Below are positions 1-13,744 of a stretch of 64,000 nucleotides of DNA, in pieces. A program made the position numbers and the translations under genes. Origin of the DNA: Squalus acanthias (Eukaryota); the NCBI GenBank assembly GCA_030390025.1, contig CM059432.1:41852001-41916000 (forward strand), written 5' to 3'. Within the stretch, counting starts at the first letter, position 1. The number at the start of each line of letters is the position of its first letter. The notes under the pieces are model-generated. The model worked only from the letters and a program-made list of their open reading frames with translations, did not search any database and was not told where the DNA came from.

Positions 1-935
1 GCTGGCTGCCTGTTGGGCGGGAAAGCCTGCAGCACAAGGTCACAGGCGGGGAGCAAAGAGGAGGGAGAGATTGCGGGGGGGTGGGGGGGGGGCAGAGGAG
101 AGGTGGGGAGAGATCATGGGGGGAGATCGAGGTCAGGCTCTTTAGATCGAGATCAGGCTCTTCAGATGCAGGTCGAGAGGGAGATTGTAGAGGTCAGAGG
201 TGTGGGGAGTCGGAGATCGGGGGGGATGGCGGGAGTTGGAGATCGCGGGAGGGATGGGGTGGAGTCGGAAATCGGGGGTGGGGGGAGTCAGAGATCGCAG
301 GTGGTGCAGAAAATCGCGATCACGGGGATTTGGGGGAGTCGGAGATCAGGGGGTGGGGGGAGTCGGAGATCGCAGGAGGGGTTGGGGAGTCAGAAATCTC
401 TGGGGGTGGAGGGTGTCGGAGATCACGGGGGTGGGGGTGCGGAGATCACGGGGGTCGGAAATCGTGGGGGGGGCAGTTGGGGATTCGGAGATTCCGGGGG
501 ATGGGGCAGTCGGAGATTGTGGGGAGTGGGGATGGGAGTCAAAGATCGTGGGGAGTGGATGGGGGTTGGGCCAATCACTGGGTCTGTAACGAGGTAAGCT
601 TGTTGGGCCTAGAGGAATCACTCCTGCTCCTGCTGGCCACAAGCAGTGCTGTAAATGCACTTACTTGATGGATCCGGCCCTTTCTGCCTCTTTTTACCTG
701 CCGGGTTTCCCGAGCCACGGGTTAAAAATAAAAATCCTGTTGAAGTGGAGGCACGATCCTCCTTAAAAGCTTTTACTGACAAACCTGTCTCCTGAGAGCG
801 GATTGGTCGCCCACCTACTGACGTACCTTCGTTAAAACCAGAAGTGAGTGGGTTGGAGGCAGGTTGGGGTTGGGTTTGAGATTTTAAAATTGTTTACTTC
901 CCACCCACTTGTCCTTGGGGGCTAAAATTCCCTCC
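1..935 (-). mobile_element. Partial non-autonomous DNA element (Harbinger/MITE-like) with a G-rich internal tandem repeat
   Basis: Ends in aaaattccctcc. The reverse complement of 780-935 aligns by eye with the element starting at 51272 (shared gcctccaacc..c.cactt..ggttttaacg block). 60-560 consists of imperfect GGAGATC(G)n / GGGAGTC units. Confidence 0.55.
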
Positions 936-957
936 AAAATGTTTGCCTAAAACTTAC

Positions 958-1020
958 CAAACATGCAATAGCTGATGCTTTCAAATGGGTGGCGAACCAA
1001 GCAGATGACACCTTTAAACC
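958..1020 (-). CDS. TMEM67: TMEM67 exon 7 (gene continues beyond the window start)
   Basis: ctttgcag acceptor and gtaagt donor; 63 nt; GLKVSSAWFATHLKASAIACL resembles meckelin G....S.WFA..L..SA.AC. Confidence 0.92.
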
Positions 1021-2266
1021 CTGCAAAGATGAGGAAATAGTCTTAGTAGCAACTTGAAACTATTGCTTCACAATTTCCAAGTAAATGCATTTGTGCAGTT
1101 TTTAACTACCAAATAATGTCCAAGGTTGTTTCAATATTTTTAAATAAACTTCTTAAATCAGATTTTACATTACACATCAACACAGTATAAACACAATGAC
1201 ATCCTTTCTAAATTTGTAGCTATTTAATGTTACAATTTTTCATGCTGACATTGTTTACTAGGAAATATCCTTCATAAAGGAAGAATTATAATAGCAACAG
1301 AGCACAAAATTTAAACTTCAGCAACATCATTGTGAGAAAATTGAGGTAGTACTGGTGCCTTTGCTAGTGTCGAGAACGAGCTGAAGAAGTGGGTTTTGGC
1401 AGTGGCTCCAGAGTTATCAGCAATTCCAACAATAAATATTGAATATTAAATTGATAAGGAGAAAAGAGCCAATATTCATACAGGAGTAAAAGCAATTAGA
1501 TATTTTCATACATGAGCAAAATTTCCCAATACAGGCTGCCCATTCAACTGGGATAAATCAAGTGGCTAGCTGTAGAAAATGGGCAGAAATTCTATTCCAC
1601 CAGAACACCGGCCACTTTGCGCCACAGCATAGTATCCAGGTGGCAGAGACCAGCAGGATCAGAAGCAGCTTCCTCAAACAGTCAGGCACTTTATTTAAGT
1701 ATTAATTTTGTGGTGGGGCATCCTGGACACTATTTCCTCTGTGCTGCTATACATATGAAATGGATGTCCAGATTTGCTGGGCAGCACTTAATGTATGGAA
1801 ACTCATAGAAAAGACAGTAAGGTCAGGTGTATTTCAACCATATCTTAACTAATTTTCTTCATTTAGTTTTGGTCTTCATGAGTGTTTGTGCCAATTGTTG
1901 TAAAAATATATTTTTGCCCCAGCACCATTACTGGCACCAATGGGTTTCCCAATCGTAATCTCCTAAATCTGTGGTATTTGGAAGAGTAGAAGGACCAACA
2001 AAGGAATATTAACAGGTCAGGCTGCACAAAGGTGCTCTGTGCCATTCCACTGCTACCTGCATAACCACATTGCAAATAGAATTGAGCATACCTCGCTTTG
2101 GCACATAAGTAGTGCAGACTTAATGGCACTACTAAGCTATGTGAATGTCTGGCTAACCATAATTTTGGATGCTTCATTTAAAGCAGTATGTGATGCTTTC
2201 AGCAGCACTGCATGAAAGAAGGTATGCCATGCTGGCCAACAGCCAGTGCACTTTATTTTACCTCAT

Positions 2267-2721
2267 AAAAGAAAGACTTACATTTATATAGTGCCTTTCA
2301 CAACCTCAGGACATCCCAAAGAGCTTTACAGCCAATGAAGTACATTTGAAGTCACTGTTGTAATGTAGGAAACGTGGCAGCCAATTTGTGCACAGCAAGC
2401 TCCCAAAACCAGCAATGTGATAGTGACCAGATAATCTGTTTTAGTGATATTGATTGAAGGATATTGGCCACGACACTGGGGATAACTCCCCTGCTGTTCT
2501 TTGAAATAGTGCAATGGGATCTTTTACGTCCACCTGAGGGAGCAGACAGAACCTCGGTTTAAAGTCTCATCCGAAAGATGGCACCTCCGACAGTGCAGCA
2601 CTCCCTGAGTACTGCACTGGAGTGTCAACCTAGATTTTTGTGCTCAAGTCTCTGGAGTGGGACTTAAACCCACAACCTTCTGACTCAGAGGCGAGTGCTA
2701 CCCACTGAGCCAAAGTTGACA
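2267..2721 (-). mobile_element. tRNA-derived SINE, Deu-domain type, with L2-like 3' tail
   Basis: A/B-box head (tggctcagtgg...gggtttaagtcc), central ggtgccatctttcggatgagac block and a tail ending ctatataaatgtaagtctttc; sibling of 55975-56418. Confidence 0.8.
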
Positions 2722-3008
2722 CTGAAGGAAACCATGGAAACCACTCAGAATTTTTAACACCTTTATTGGATCTCCTCTTAACCTTTTCTATTCTAGTGAG
2801 AAGAGCCCCAATTTCTCCAGTCATTCCTAGTAAGTGAAGCTTCTCATCTGTGATATCATCTTAGTAAATTTCTTCTATACCCTCTCTAAGGCCTTGACAT
2901 TGTTTCTTAGAAAGGGGCCCAAAATTGGGCACAATATTTTAATTGCTGCCTAATCAATGATTTGTATAGATTGAAGCATCTTTTATACTCTATGTCCATA
3001 TTTATAAC

Positions 3009-3478
3009 GCGGAGATGCCGGTGTTGGACTGGGGTGGACAAAATTGAGAGGTCGCACAACACCAGGTTATAGTCCAACAGTTTTATTTTAAATCACAAGC
3101 TTTCGGAGTTACAACTCCTTCGTCGGGTGAAGTGAGGAGATACAGAATTGTCAAAGCATATATAGGTAGAGAACAATGCATGTGTAACTTACAATTGCAG
3201 ACAACTGAATTCAATCATCCTGACTGTTTATCTGCCGAGGTGTGATAAAGTTAATCAGGTCAGCCAGGAAGGTACCACATCAAAGACATAGCAAGATACA
3301 ACTGAGACAATGAAGTGGAATCGCATGGGGTCTAACGTGTCAAAAGCTGCCGTCTGTATGTAAAACGATTAACTTTAAAATTTTTACTTTTTTACTGGGA
3401 ATCACATCTGTGAACAAGCCAACGACGACTCGAGTCCGGATCACGTCATGTATCGTGACATAAACCCAAGACACCTAG
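3009..3478 (-). mobile_element. Penelope-like element 3' end / pseudo-LTR with hammerhead-like motif
   Basis: Same terminal sequence as 24679 and 30062; retains the last codons (GFMSRY) of the GIY-YIG ORF seen at 25077. Confidence 0.75.
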
Positions 3479-3587
3479 GATCACACAATTTTTCTTACAA
3501 CCATATCCACTTGTTCTTCCACGTTTAAAGATTTGCATATCTGAAGCCTAAAGTGTCTCTGATCTTCAACTCCTTCAAAAGACTTAC

Positions 3588-5515
3588 CAGGCGTACCTAA
3601 AAATGAGGTGCCAACCTGGGGAAGCTGCAACACAGGACTACATGCATGCTAAAAAGCAGAAGCAGCATGCTACAGACAGGGCTAAGCAATCCCACAATCA
3701 ACAGATCAGATCAAAGCTCTGCAGTCCTGCCACATCCAGTCGTGAATGGTGGTGGACCATTAAACAACTAACGGGAGGAGGAGGCTCATGAATATCCCCA
3801 TCCTCAATGATGGTGGAGCCCAGCACGTGAGTGCAAAAGACAAGGCTGAAGCGTTTGCAACTGTCTTCAGCCAGAAGTGCCGAGTGGATGATTCATATCG
3901 GCCTACTCCTGAGGTCCCCACCATCACAGAAGTCAGTCTTCAGCCAATTCGATTCACTCCACGTGATATCAAGAAACGGCTGAGTGCTCTGGATACAGCA
4001 AAGGCTATGGGACCCGACAACATCCTGGCTATCGTGCTGAAGACTTGTGTTCCAGAACTAGCTGCACCTCTAGCCAAGCTGCCCAGGTATGTGGAAAGCT
4101 GCCCAGGTATGTCCTGTCCACAAAAAGCAGGACAAATCCAGCCAGGCCAATTACCGCCCCATCAGTCTACTCTCAATCATCAGCAAAGTGATGAAAGGTG
4201 TCATCAACAGTGCTATCAAGCAGTACTTACTCACCAATAACCTGCTCACTGATGCCCAGTTTGGGTTCCGCCAGGACCACTCGGCTCCAGCCCTCATTAC
4301 AGCCTTGGTCCAAACATGGAATTCCAGAGGTGAGCTGAGAGTGACTGCCCTTGACATCAAGGCAGCATTTGACCAAGTGTGGCATCAAGGAGCCCTAGTA
4401 AAACTGAAGTCAATGGGGATCGGGGAGGGAAACTCTCCACTGGCTGGAGTCATACCTAGCACAAAGGAAGATGGTTGTGGTGGTTGGAGGTCAATCATCA
4501 CAGCCCCAGGACTTTGCTGCAGGAGTTCCTCAGGGCAGTGTCCTAGGCCCAACCATCTTCAGCTGCTTCATCAATGACCTTCCCTCCAACATAAGGTCAG
4601 AAATGGGGATGTTCGCTGATGACTGCACAGTGTTCAGTGCCATTCACAACTCCTCAGATAATGAAGCAGTCGATGCCCGCTTGCAACAATACCTGGACGA
4701 CATTCAGGCTTGGGCTGATAAGTGGCAGGTAACATTCGCCACACAAGTGCTAGGAAATGACTATCTCCAACAAGCGAGAGTCTAACCACCGCCCCTTAAC
4801 ATTCAACGGCATTACCATCGCCGAATCCCCCACCATCAACATCCTGGGGGTCACCATTGACCAGAAACTTAACTGGACCAGCCACATAAATACTGTGGCA
4901 ACAAGAGCGGGTCAGAGGCTGATTATTCTGCGGCGAGTGTCTCACTTCCTGACTCCCCAAAACCTTTCCACCATCTACAAGGCACAAGTCAGGAGTGTGA
5001 TGGAATACTCTCCACTTGCCTGGTTGAGTGCAGCTCCAACAACACTCAAGAAGCTCGACACCATCCAGGACAAAGCAACCTGCTTCATTGGCACCCCATC
5101 CACCACCTTAAATTTTCACTCCCTCCACCACCGGCGTACCGTGGCTGCAGTGTGTACCATCTACAAGATGCACTGCAGCAAATCGCCAAGGCTTCTTTGG
5201 CAGCACCTCCCAAACCCGTGACCTCTTCCACCTAGAAGGACAAGGGCAGCAGGCGCATGGGAACACCACCACCTCCAAGTTCCCTTCCAAGTCACACACC
5301 ATCCTGACTTGGAAATATATCGCCGATCCTTCATCGTCGCTGGCTCAAAATCCTGGAACTCCCTACCTACAGCACTGTGGGAGTACCTTCACCACATGGA
5401 CTGCAGCGGTTCAAGAAGGTGGCTCACCACCACCTTCTCAAGGATAATTAGGGATGGGCAATAAATGCTGGCCTTGCCAGCGACGCCCACATCCCATAAA
5501 CGAATTTTAAAAAAG
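3588..5515 (+). mobile_element. 5'-truncated APE-RT LINE (CR1/L2 group, 'family A'), degenerate RT
   Basis: [37 protein letters not shown] and FADD motifs spread across frameshifts; A-rich 3' end. Confidence 0.9.
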
Positions 5516-5519
5516 TTGC

Positions 5520-8500
5520 ATTCACCTACATCCTGCTGTGCGTATCACCCCAACCCCTCACTCTGCCTTCTCAAGTCTACTCCATCACATCACTTCTCAC
5601 ACCCGCTTACCTTGCACGCCCACCCATCGTTCTCTTTCTATGCATTTCCTCAGATCTCCATCTATCTATCCACCACTCCCACACACACTCATCCTTATGC
5701 AATTTCATGCCGCTCCCTCATAGCCATCTTCACCAAATGTACTCCATCCATCGGGTGAACACATGCCATTACAATCATTCATAGGTCTGTTCTTTCCCTT
5801 GCTGCAAGAGAAGAGAGCACAGAATACTAGGGAGAGGGAGAGAACTGGAGGTGGTCCTCCACACATCTCACAACTGACAAGCGCAGGGGAGGATGCACTG
5901 GAAATCAGTGGAGTTTCGGTGTTCCTGGCCATCGGAGATGTGGAGACAGGGAGCTCCCAGCTACCTGGTGACATAATTAAATATTAGCGACCCGTATGTC
6001 ATGCGGCACTGAATCATATTGACTTCATTTCAATAGCGAGTGAAATATTATCATCTTCATAATTATAACTTGCAACATATTCTTACCTTGCCAGGACTAA
6101 TTTTTGCCTTCTATCTCCGACAGGGCCCACACACATGCAGGAGAAGTCGGTGGAAGTCGCCGACGACGATTCCTCAGAAGAGCTGAGTCCTTCTGAGAGT
6201 GCCCTGGCACAGGATTCATGCATACCATTCACCAGCTCAGATACTCGCACTTTGGTGGGACCATGTAGGCAGATAGTTGGGTTTTCACCTGATGGTTCAC
6301 AGTTCACAAGTGAGCTAGAGCAGATGGTAGTGACAGGGACAGCAGTGGAGAGTCCGCATCGGAGGGCACAGCCCTCTCCAAGCTCCGCTCAGCTGGTCAC
6401 AAATGCTGTACCCCGGGGGGTTGTCAATGAAAGGAGAATCATTGAGCAGCAGCTGACAATGTGAGATACACTGACAGGTCTTCCAAGCACACTGACCACG
6501 ACTGCAGAGAGAATGGAGGAGTCCGCCTAAAACATGAGTGGCTTGATGTCGCAGGCCATTGCGATGATGTGTTCTTCCGTGGAACATCAAACACGACTAT
6601 CGACTGAGTCCATGCACGCCTTTACCATGGCTGTGCAGACTCTGGATGCCAACATGTATGCCACTTTAAATAGATGACAGATACTTCAGCCTTGGCCTTA
6701 CCGTGTTGCACTGATCTGCACCAAAGTGCTCACCACCACAGTGGGAGCAGTGAAATGCGGCTGGGCCATGAGAAGGATGATGGTGAAATGCTTCCACTTC
6801 TCACCCACTGCCCCTCCAACCCCACAGTCAGAGCCCCACATGCTCCCTCATCTCCCGATGGCAGAGTCTGCCCCTGCACAGGTGCAGGTGGAGCAGTCTT
6901 TGGCGGGGCCCTCACGGGCTCCAAAACCCAGAGGATATCAGCCAGGAGCATCTCAGCAGTCAGAGCAGGGATGTGAGCAGCCTGTCTCTACTTCTGCTCA
7001 AGTCACAGGGGCTGCACCATGTGGGAGTTGTAGGAAAAAGAAGAGTAAAGCTTTGTAGTTGCACAAGTGTATGCACATGGGTGTATGAGAAAAGGTGGTG
7101 TTAAGTTTCTGTTGCAAGTTAGGTCACATAAATATTATTATTTTGCACTTTCCCGTCTTGGGTGCTGGGCGGCAAGTCGCCTTTTAACTTGTTTGATGTT
7201 GAATGAGAAGACATAAATTCATTGGGACCAATGAGGGGGGATGTTCAAGGGGTGATTGGTTGTTTGCAGGACTACTTTGTGTCAGTGGCATAGAGGGTGG
7301 GAGGCGGGAAGAGGGGCTGTTGCACATGCTTGTGACATGGGTCCGCTGGTACAACCCAAGTGAATCTTGCATTAATAAGGGCATCCCTGGCATCAATGTG
7401 AGCAGCTGAGGGGTGCATTGCCCTCATCACCTTCCTCCTCCTCGTCTTCCTCCTCCTCCTCCCCCTCCGAAGCACCCAAGGAGAATCTGAGCTCTACACA
7501 TTGTTCCTCCTGCAGGTCCAAACTTCGCTGCTGCGCAATGTTGTTCACAATGCAGCACACTACGACCATTCTGGAGACCCTGGCTGGACCGTACTGAAGG
7601 GCGCCTCCAGATCTGTCTAGGCACCTGAAGCGCATCTTCAGCATGCCAATGGCTTGTTCGATCACACATCTGGTGGTCATATGGCATTCATTGTAGCGCT
7701 GTTGGGCTTCATTGTTCGGGTTTCTGATGGGTGTCATCAGCCAAGTTTGAAGTGGGTATCCCTGAAGCCATCCCTTAAGTGTGCTTCATGTTTGGAGATG
7801 TCAGGGAGTTTGGACTTGGACAAAAGCATCATGACAGCTCCCCGGAAATCTGATGCACACCTGTAGAAATATCTGTTTGTGGTTGCACATCAGCTGCACA
7901 TTGATGGAGTGGAAGCCCTTGCGGTTGGCACATACTGGGGGTGCTCGGATTGCCTTGTATATACAGTTTATGATGTCCTGCTCCTGTGGGAAGCCAGCCA
8001 GAGCCACAAACCCGAGCGCTCGCTCATTCTGACTGGTGTCATCGCAGGCAAAGTTGCCATAATTGCCAGCCCTGGCAAACAAGCCATCATCTGTCTTATG
8101 CATTTGTGGGCCGCTAACTGGGAGATCCTGGATATGTATCTGGCAGAGCCCTGGAAGTATCAGAGATAAAAAAGTTGAGGGCGATGGTGACTTTGACAGC
8201 CACTGGTAATGCGTGACCACCAGCAGGGAACAGGTCTTCTTCTAGGAGGCTGCAGATGTCTGCCACCACCTGACACAATAACCTAAGCCTCCCGAGACAC
8301 CGCTGTTCAGAGATGTCAAGGAAACTCAGCCTCTGCCTGTAGACCCTGTTTCGCAGATAGTGCATCCTGCGAGCTGCACCCCTCTGCTGCTCCCCTCTCT
8401 GCTGTTCAGCTACAGGTCTCTGAACAGCAGGCTGGTGCTGGTGGTGGTCATATTGGACCTCGTCCAAGGTCCAATCTAAGGCAGCCATAGCACCACCCAT

Positions 8501-8770
8501 TCTCATGTGATTGAGAAATTCTCCAAAGTGTAGAAAGTAAACTCTCAGCAAAAGTACTGCGAACAAACACTTTCCCATGAGCAGGTAAGAAAGCAGCTGT
8601 GAATACTGAGTATTCATTGCAGTATTTCCTTGAGTTTGATTCAGCCCCCTCAATTGCCGCTGTGTTCTCGCCTTGTCTTCACTAGCGACTTTCAGGAAGC
8701 CCGGGAAACCCGTGGACGCGGCATTATTTGAAAGTGAGTTGAAATATCGCCCTAATTGAGCGATTATTAT
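5520..8770. mobile_element. Degenerate PIF/Harbinger transposon: Myb/SANT-partner exons (+, about 5805-7058) convergent with transposase (-, about 7393-8500)
   Basis: Minus strand: NRKGFHSINVQL, FPGSCHDAF, IEQAIGMLKMRFRCLD and an acidic tail. Plus strand: KRAQNTRERERTGGG and a basic C-terminus (RKKKSK). Termini lost. Confidence 0.85.
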
Positions 8771-8774
8771 ATGC

Positions 8775-10092
8775 TACGGGGGTGGTGCTGAGGACCGGAG
8801 AATTGCAAATGTTACACCCTTGTTCAAAAAAGGGTGTAAGGATAAACCTAGCAACTACAGGCCAGTCAGTTTAACCTCAGTAGTGGGGAAGCTTTTAGAA
8901 ACGATAATCAGGGACAAAGTTAACAGTCACTTGGACAAGTGTGGATTAATTAAGGAAAGCCAACACGGATTTGTTAAAGGCAAATCGTGTTTAACTAACC
9001 TGATTGAGTTTTTTGATGAGGTAACAGAGAGGGTTGATGAGGGCGATGCGGTTGATGTGGTGTACATGGACTTCCAAAAGGCATTTGATAAAGTGCCACA
9101 TAATAGGCTTGCCAGCAAAATTGAAGCCCATGGAATAAAAGGGACAGTGGCAACATGGATACGAAATTGGTTAAATGACAGGAAACAGAGAGTAGTGATG
9201 AACGGTTGTTTTTCAGACTAGAGGAAGGTATACAGTGGTGTTCCCCAGGGGTCGGTACTAGGACCACTGCTTTTCTTGATATATATTAATGACTTGGACT
9301 TGGGTGTACCGGGCACAATTTCAAAATTTGCAGATGACACAAAACTTTGAAGTATAGTGAACAGTGAGGATAATAGGGATAGATTTCAAGAAGACATAGA
9401 CAGGCTGGTGGAAAGGGCGGAAGTGATATATTTTGGCAGGAAGAACGAGGGGATGCAATATAAACTAAAGGGTACAATTCGAAAGGGGGTGCATGATCAG
9501 AGAGATATGGGGGTATATGTGCACAAATTATTGAAGGTGGCAGGGCAGGTTGACAAAGCGGTTAAAAAACCATATGGGATCCTGGGCTTCATAAATAGAG
9601 GCATAGAGTACAAAAGCAAGGAAGTTATGATGAACATTTATAAAACACTGCTCCGACCTCAACTGGAGTATTGTGTCCAATTCTGGGCACCGCACTTGAT
9701 ACGAAGGCCTTAGAGAAGGTGCAGAAAAGATTTACAAAAATGGTTCCAGGGATGAGGGACTTCAGTTACGTGGATAGACTTGAGAAGCTGGGGTTGTTAT
9801 CCTTAGAGTAAAGAAGGTTGAGAGGAGATTTGATAGAGGTGTTCAAAATCATCAGGGGTCTAGACAGAGTAGATAGAGAGAAACCAGAGGACACAGATTT
9901 AAGGTGATTAGCAGAAGAACAAAGGCGACATGAAGAAAAACTTTTTTACGTAGCGAGTGGTTAGGATCTGGAATGCACTGCCTGAGAGGGTGGTGGAGGC
10001 AGATTCAATTGTGGCTTTCAAAAGGAAATTGGATAAGTACCTGAAGGAAAAAAATTTGCAGGGCTACTGGGAAAGGGCGGGGGAGTGGGACT
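8775..10092 (+). mobile_element. CR1 LINE 3' fragment
   Basis: NYRPVSLTSVVGK, QHGF.KGKSCLTNL, DFQKAFDKVPH and RPQLEYCVQFW motifs. Confidence 0.92.
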
Positions 10093-12085
10093 TTATTCGT
10101 TCATGGGATGTGGGCATCACTGGCAAGGCCAGCATTTATTGCCCCTCCCTAGTTGCCCTTGAGATGTTGGTGGTGAGCCGCCATCTTGAACTGCTGCAGT
10201 CTATGTGGTGAAGGTACACCCACAGTGCTGTTAGGGAGGGAGTTCTAGGATTTTGACCCAGCGATGATGAAGGAACAGCGATATACTTCCAAGTCAGGAT
10301 GGTGTGTGACTTGGAAGGGAACTTGGAGGTGATGGTGTTTCCATGCGCCGGCTGCCATTGTCCTTCTATGTGGTAGAGGTTGCGGGTTTGGGAGGTGCTG
10401 CCGAAGAAGCCTTGGCAAGTTGCTGCAGTGCATCTTGTAGATGGTACACACTGCACCCACGGTACGCCGGTGGTGGAGGGAGTGAATGTTTAAGGTGGTG
10501 GATGGGATGCCAATCAAGCGGGATGCTTTGTCTTGGATGGTGTCGAGCTTCTTGAGTGTTGTTGGAGCTGCACTCATCCAGGCAAGTGGAGAGTATTCCA
10601 TCACACTCCTGACTTGTGCCTTGTAGATGGTGGAAAGGCTTTGGAGAGTCAGGAGGTGAGACACTCACCACAGAATACCCAGCCTCTGACCTGCTCTTGT
10701 TGCCACAGTATTTATGTGATGGTTGGGCCTCGGACACTGCCCTGAGGAACTCCTGCAGCGAAGTCCTGGGGCTGTGATGATTGACCTCCAACCACCACAA
10801 CCATCTTCCTTTGTGCTAGGTATGACTCCAGCCAGTGGAGAGTTTTCCCACCCATGATTCCCACTGACTTCAATTTAACTAGGGCTCTTTGATGCCACGC
10901 TCGGTCAAATGCTGCCTTAATGTCAAAGGCAGTCACTCTCACCTCACCTCTGGAATTCAGCTCTTTTATCCATGTTTGGACCATGGCTTAATGAGGTCTG
11001 GAGCCGAGTGGTCCTGGCGGAACCCAAACTAGGCATCAGTGAGAAGGTTGTTGGTGAGTAAGTGCTGCTAGATAGCACTGTCGACGACACCTTCCATCAC
11101 TCTGCTGATGATTGAGAGTGGACTGATGGGGCAATAATTGGCCGGATTGGATTTGTCCTGCTTTTTGTGGGCATGACATTCCTGGGCAGTTTTCCACTAT
11201 GTCGGATAGATGCCAGTGTTGTAGCTGTACTGGAACAGCTTTGCGAGAGGCGCGGCTAGTTCTGGAGCACAAGTCTTCAGCTCGACAGCTGAGATGTTGT
11301 CGGGGCCCACAGCTTATGCTGTATCCAGAGTGCTCAGCCATTTCTTGATATCACGTAGAGTGAATCAAATTGGCTGAAGACTGGCTTCTGTGGTGGTGGG
11401 GACCTCAGGAGGAGGCTGATATGGATCATCCATCCACTTGGCACTTCTGAGTGAAGATGGCTGCAAATGCTTCAGCCTTTTCTTTTGCACTCACGTGCTG
11501 GGCTCCACCATCATTGAGGATGGGGATATTCATGGAGCCTCCTCCCCCGGTTAGTTGTTTAATGGTCCACCACCATTCACGACTGGATGTGGCAGGACTG
11601 CAGAGCTTTGATCTGATCCGTTGATTGTGGGATAGCTTAGCTCTGTCTATAGCATGCTGCTTCCGCTTTTTAGCATGCATGTAGTCCTTTGTTGCAGCTT
11701 ACCCAGGTTGGCACCGCACTTTTAGGTACGCCTGGCGCTGCTCCTGGCATGCTCTTCTACACTCCTTATTGAACCAGGGTGGGTCCCCTGGCTTGATGGT
11801 AATGGTAGAGTGAGGGATATGCCAGGCCATGAGGTTACAGACTGTGGTGGAATACAATTTTGCTGCTGCTGATGGCCCACAGTGCCTCATGGATGCCCAG
11901 TTTTGAGCTGCTAGATCTGTTCTGAATCTATCCCATTTAGCACGGTGGTAGTGCCACAGAACACAATTGTTGGTGTCCTCAGTGTGAAAACGGGACTTCG
12001 TCTCCACAGTGACTGTGCAGTGGTCACTGCTACCAATACTGTCATAGACAGATGCTTCTGGGACAAGTAGATTGGTGAGGATGAG
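10093..12085 (-). mobile_element. Family A LINE fragment, internally deleted
   Basis: Reverse-complement homolog of 3588-5515 and 20720-23958; lacks the segment between GPTI and SHIN. Confidence 0.9.
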
Positions 12086-12270
12086 AAAAATACATCAGAA
12101 GTCAGACATTCTGAAATTCATCTAAATCAACAATATCTCTGAATTATTCCTAAAAGAATTAAGTAGTCACTCATATATAACTATACAGTTCCAATAATTT
12201 TAAAGAAGCTGGACCTAGATTAAGTATTCATTTGTCTTAGGCACCATTTATTAGGCTTCATTAGACTTAC

Positions 12271-12345
12271 TTGTTCATAGATTATATTTGTAACAACTGA
12301 GGTGGTCAAGCCCTGTGGATGAGCAAGAAAGCATAATCCTCCCGT
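12271..12345 (-). CDS. TMEM67: TMEM67 exon 6
   Basis: tttctag acceptor and gtaagt donor; 75 nt; TGGLCFLAHPQGLTTSVVTNIIYEQ contains the TGGLCF motif. Confidence 0.93.
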
Positions 12346-12726
12346 CTAGAAAGAAACAGAAGCAGTAGTAGTAGTTGTCAACTTATTGCAGGTTCTTCTC
12401 TCAGGTTTGTTTCGCAGCTTAGCGTATTATTCTAAATATTCATATCCTGAATTAAAAACCACACTATATTGCAATAGAACCAAAAATTAAAAATAAATTT
12501 TAAGAGCTATTACTCTTGTGCAGATGACATTACTGTGCATAGATATTTAAGCGTGTGTGTGCACAACTGACAACAATGTCACTTTGCTTATTATGTAGAC
12601 TTCTAATCCACCACTTGGCGCATGACATGAATACGCAGAAAGACACACAGAAGCAAACTTTACCTCTATTAGTTACAATAGTGTATAACACACTTATGAG
12701 CTAATTTTAGAATAACTTTTGCTTAC

Positions 12727-12793
12727 CAAAATATTTCTCTGGCAATCACAAGATTGTGTGGTATTGATGAATGTTTCATGACATCTGATACAC
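12727..12793 (-). CDS. TMEM67: TMEM67 exon 5
   Basis: cccatcag acceptor and gtaagc donor; 67 nt; (Q)CIRCHETFINTTQSCDCQRNIL resembles meckelin C.RC..TF.NT..SC.C...NIL. Confidence 0.94.
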
Positions 12794-13247
12794 CTGATGG
12801 GAAGAGTAAGAACAATTCAGATTATTTTAAGGAAATACACTGCCCTCCCACCTGCACCCCTCTGGGCAGACACTACATCAAGTTTAGATTGCCTGTTATC
12901 CAATGCTCTATTGCAGAAAACAGACTTCAGTTAATTCCCAAATATATATGGGATAATTTACAATGGCAACAAAAGGACCCAAATACAAAAATAAGACGAG
13001 TTAGGTCTGCTCTTCTAGTAAGTGTAAAGCAAATATACTCAGGAACTTTTAGCAAGCCAGAAATTCTTAATTTTGAACTTTAATTTTTCAAACGTGCATA
13101 GTGTCTCCTCTCACATACATGCATTGCTAGTAAAATTAATTTATAGAAGAGATACATTCACACTTCTATTTACTATTGATGGATCATTAATGGCCCATCC
13201 ATATAGGGGAAACATTTCTTGAAGTGGTTCTCCAACACCAGCTTCTA

Positions 13248-13727
13248 GGGCTAGAAAATGGGTTGCTTTGTGCCTCTCGTTAGCGTCTCCCGCGAAATTC
13301 AGCGGAAGGTTAGCGGCGGCAGTAGCCGGTAGCGCCCCACTCTGCTGGCGATGATGACGTCATCGTCTTGCGCAGCGCCTCGGCCGCAAACTTCCTTTGC
13401 ACCCCCTGACCTATCGCCGGGCGATATGTGCAACAGGATCAGGGGCGGTTTTGCAGCAGATGTACCGGCGCAATTTAAAGGGCAGGTGTCGGGCGGTCAT
13501 TTTTATTTTGTCCGACTGCCAGCACCTGCCCCCTTTCACATTTGTATGCGTACAAGCGTTCAGCCCAGCACTCCTCCCGAGTGCCGGGCTGTTTCCACGG
13601 CACCCCGCTCCCCAGTGGTCTGGCAGGGCCCCGGTGCGCGCAGCGCTCGGCCCCTCCCCTTTAATCAGGGGAGGATGCCTGCAATGATGCGGCGCTATGT
13701 GCCGCCGTGCGTGGCAATTTTCCCCCC
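13248..13727 (-). mobile_element. Harbinger-derived MITE
   Basis: Imperfect TIRs gggctagaaaat / aattttccccc; flanking cta/tag duplication; internal homology to 32722 and 40654. Confidence 0.75.
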
Positions 13728-13744
13728 TAGTCTCACTGCAGGAC

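Noticed and set aside
13..668. Three overlapping Gly-rich ORFs
   Set aside because: By-product of a stop-poor G-rich tandem repeat.
12754..13083. 109-aa plus-strand ORF overlapping exon 5
   Set aside because: Non-ATG start, AT-rich intronic sequence antisense to TMEM67, no recognisable motif.
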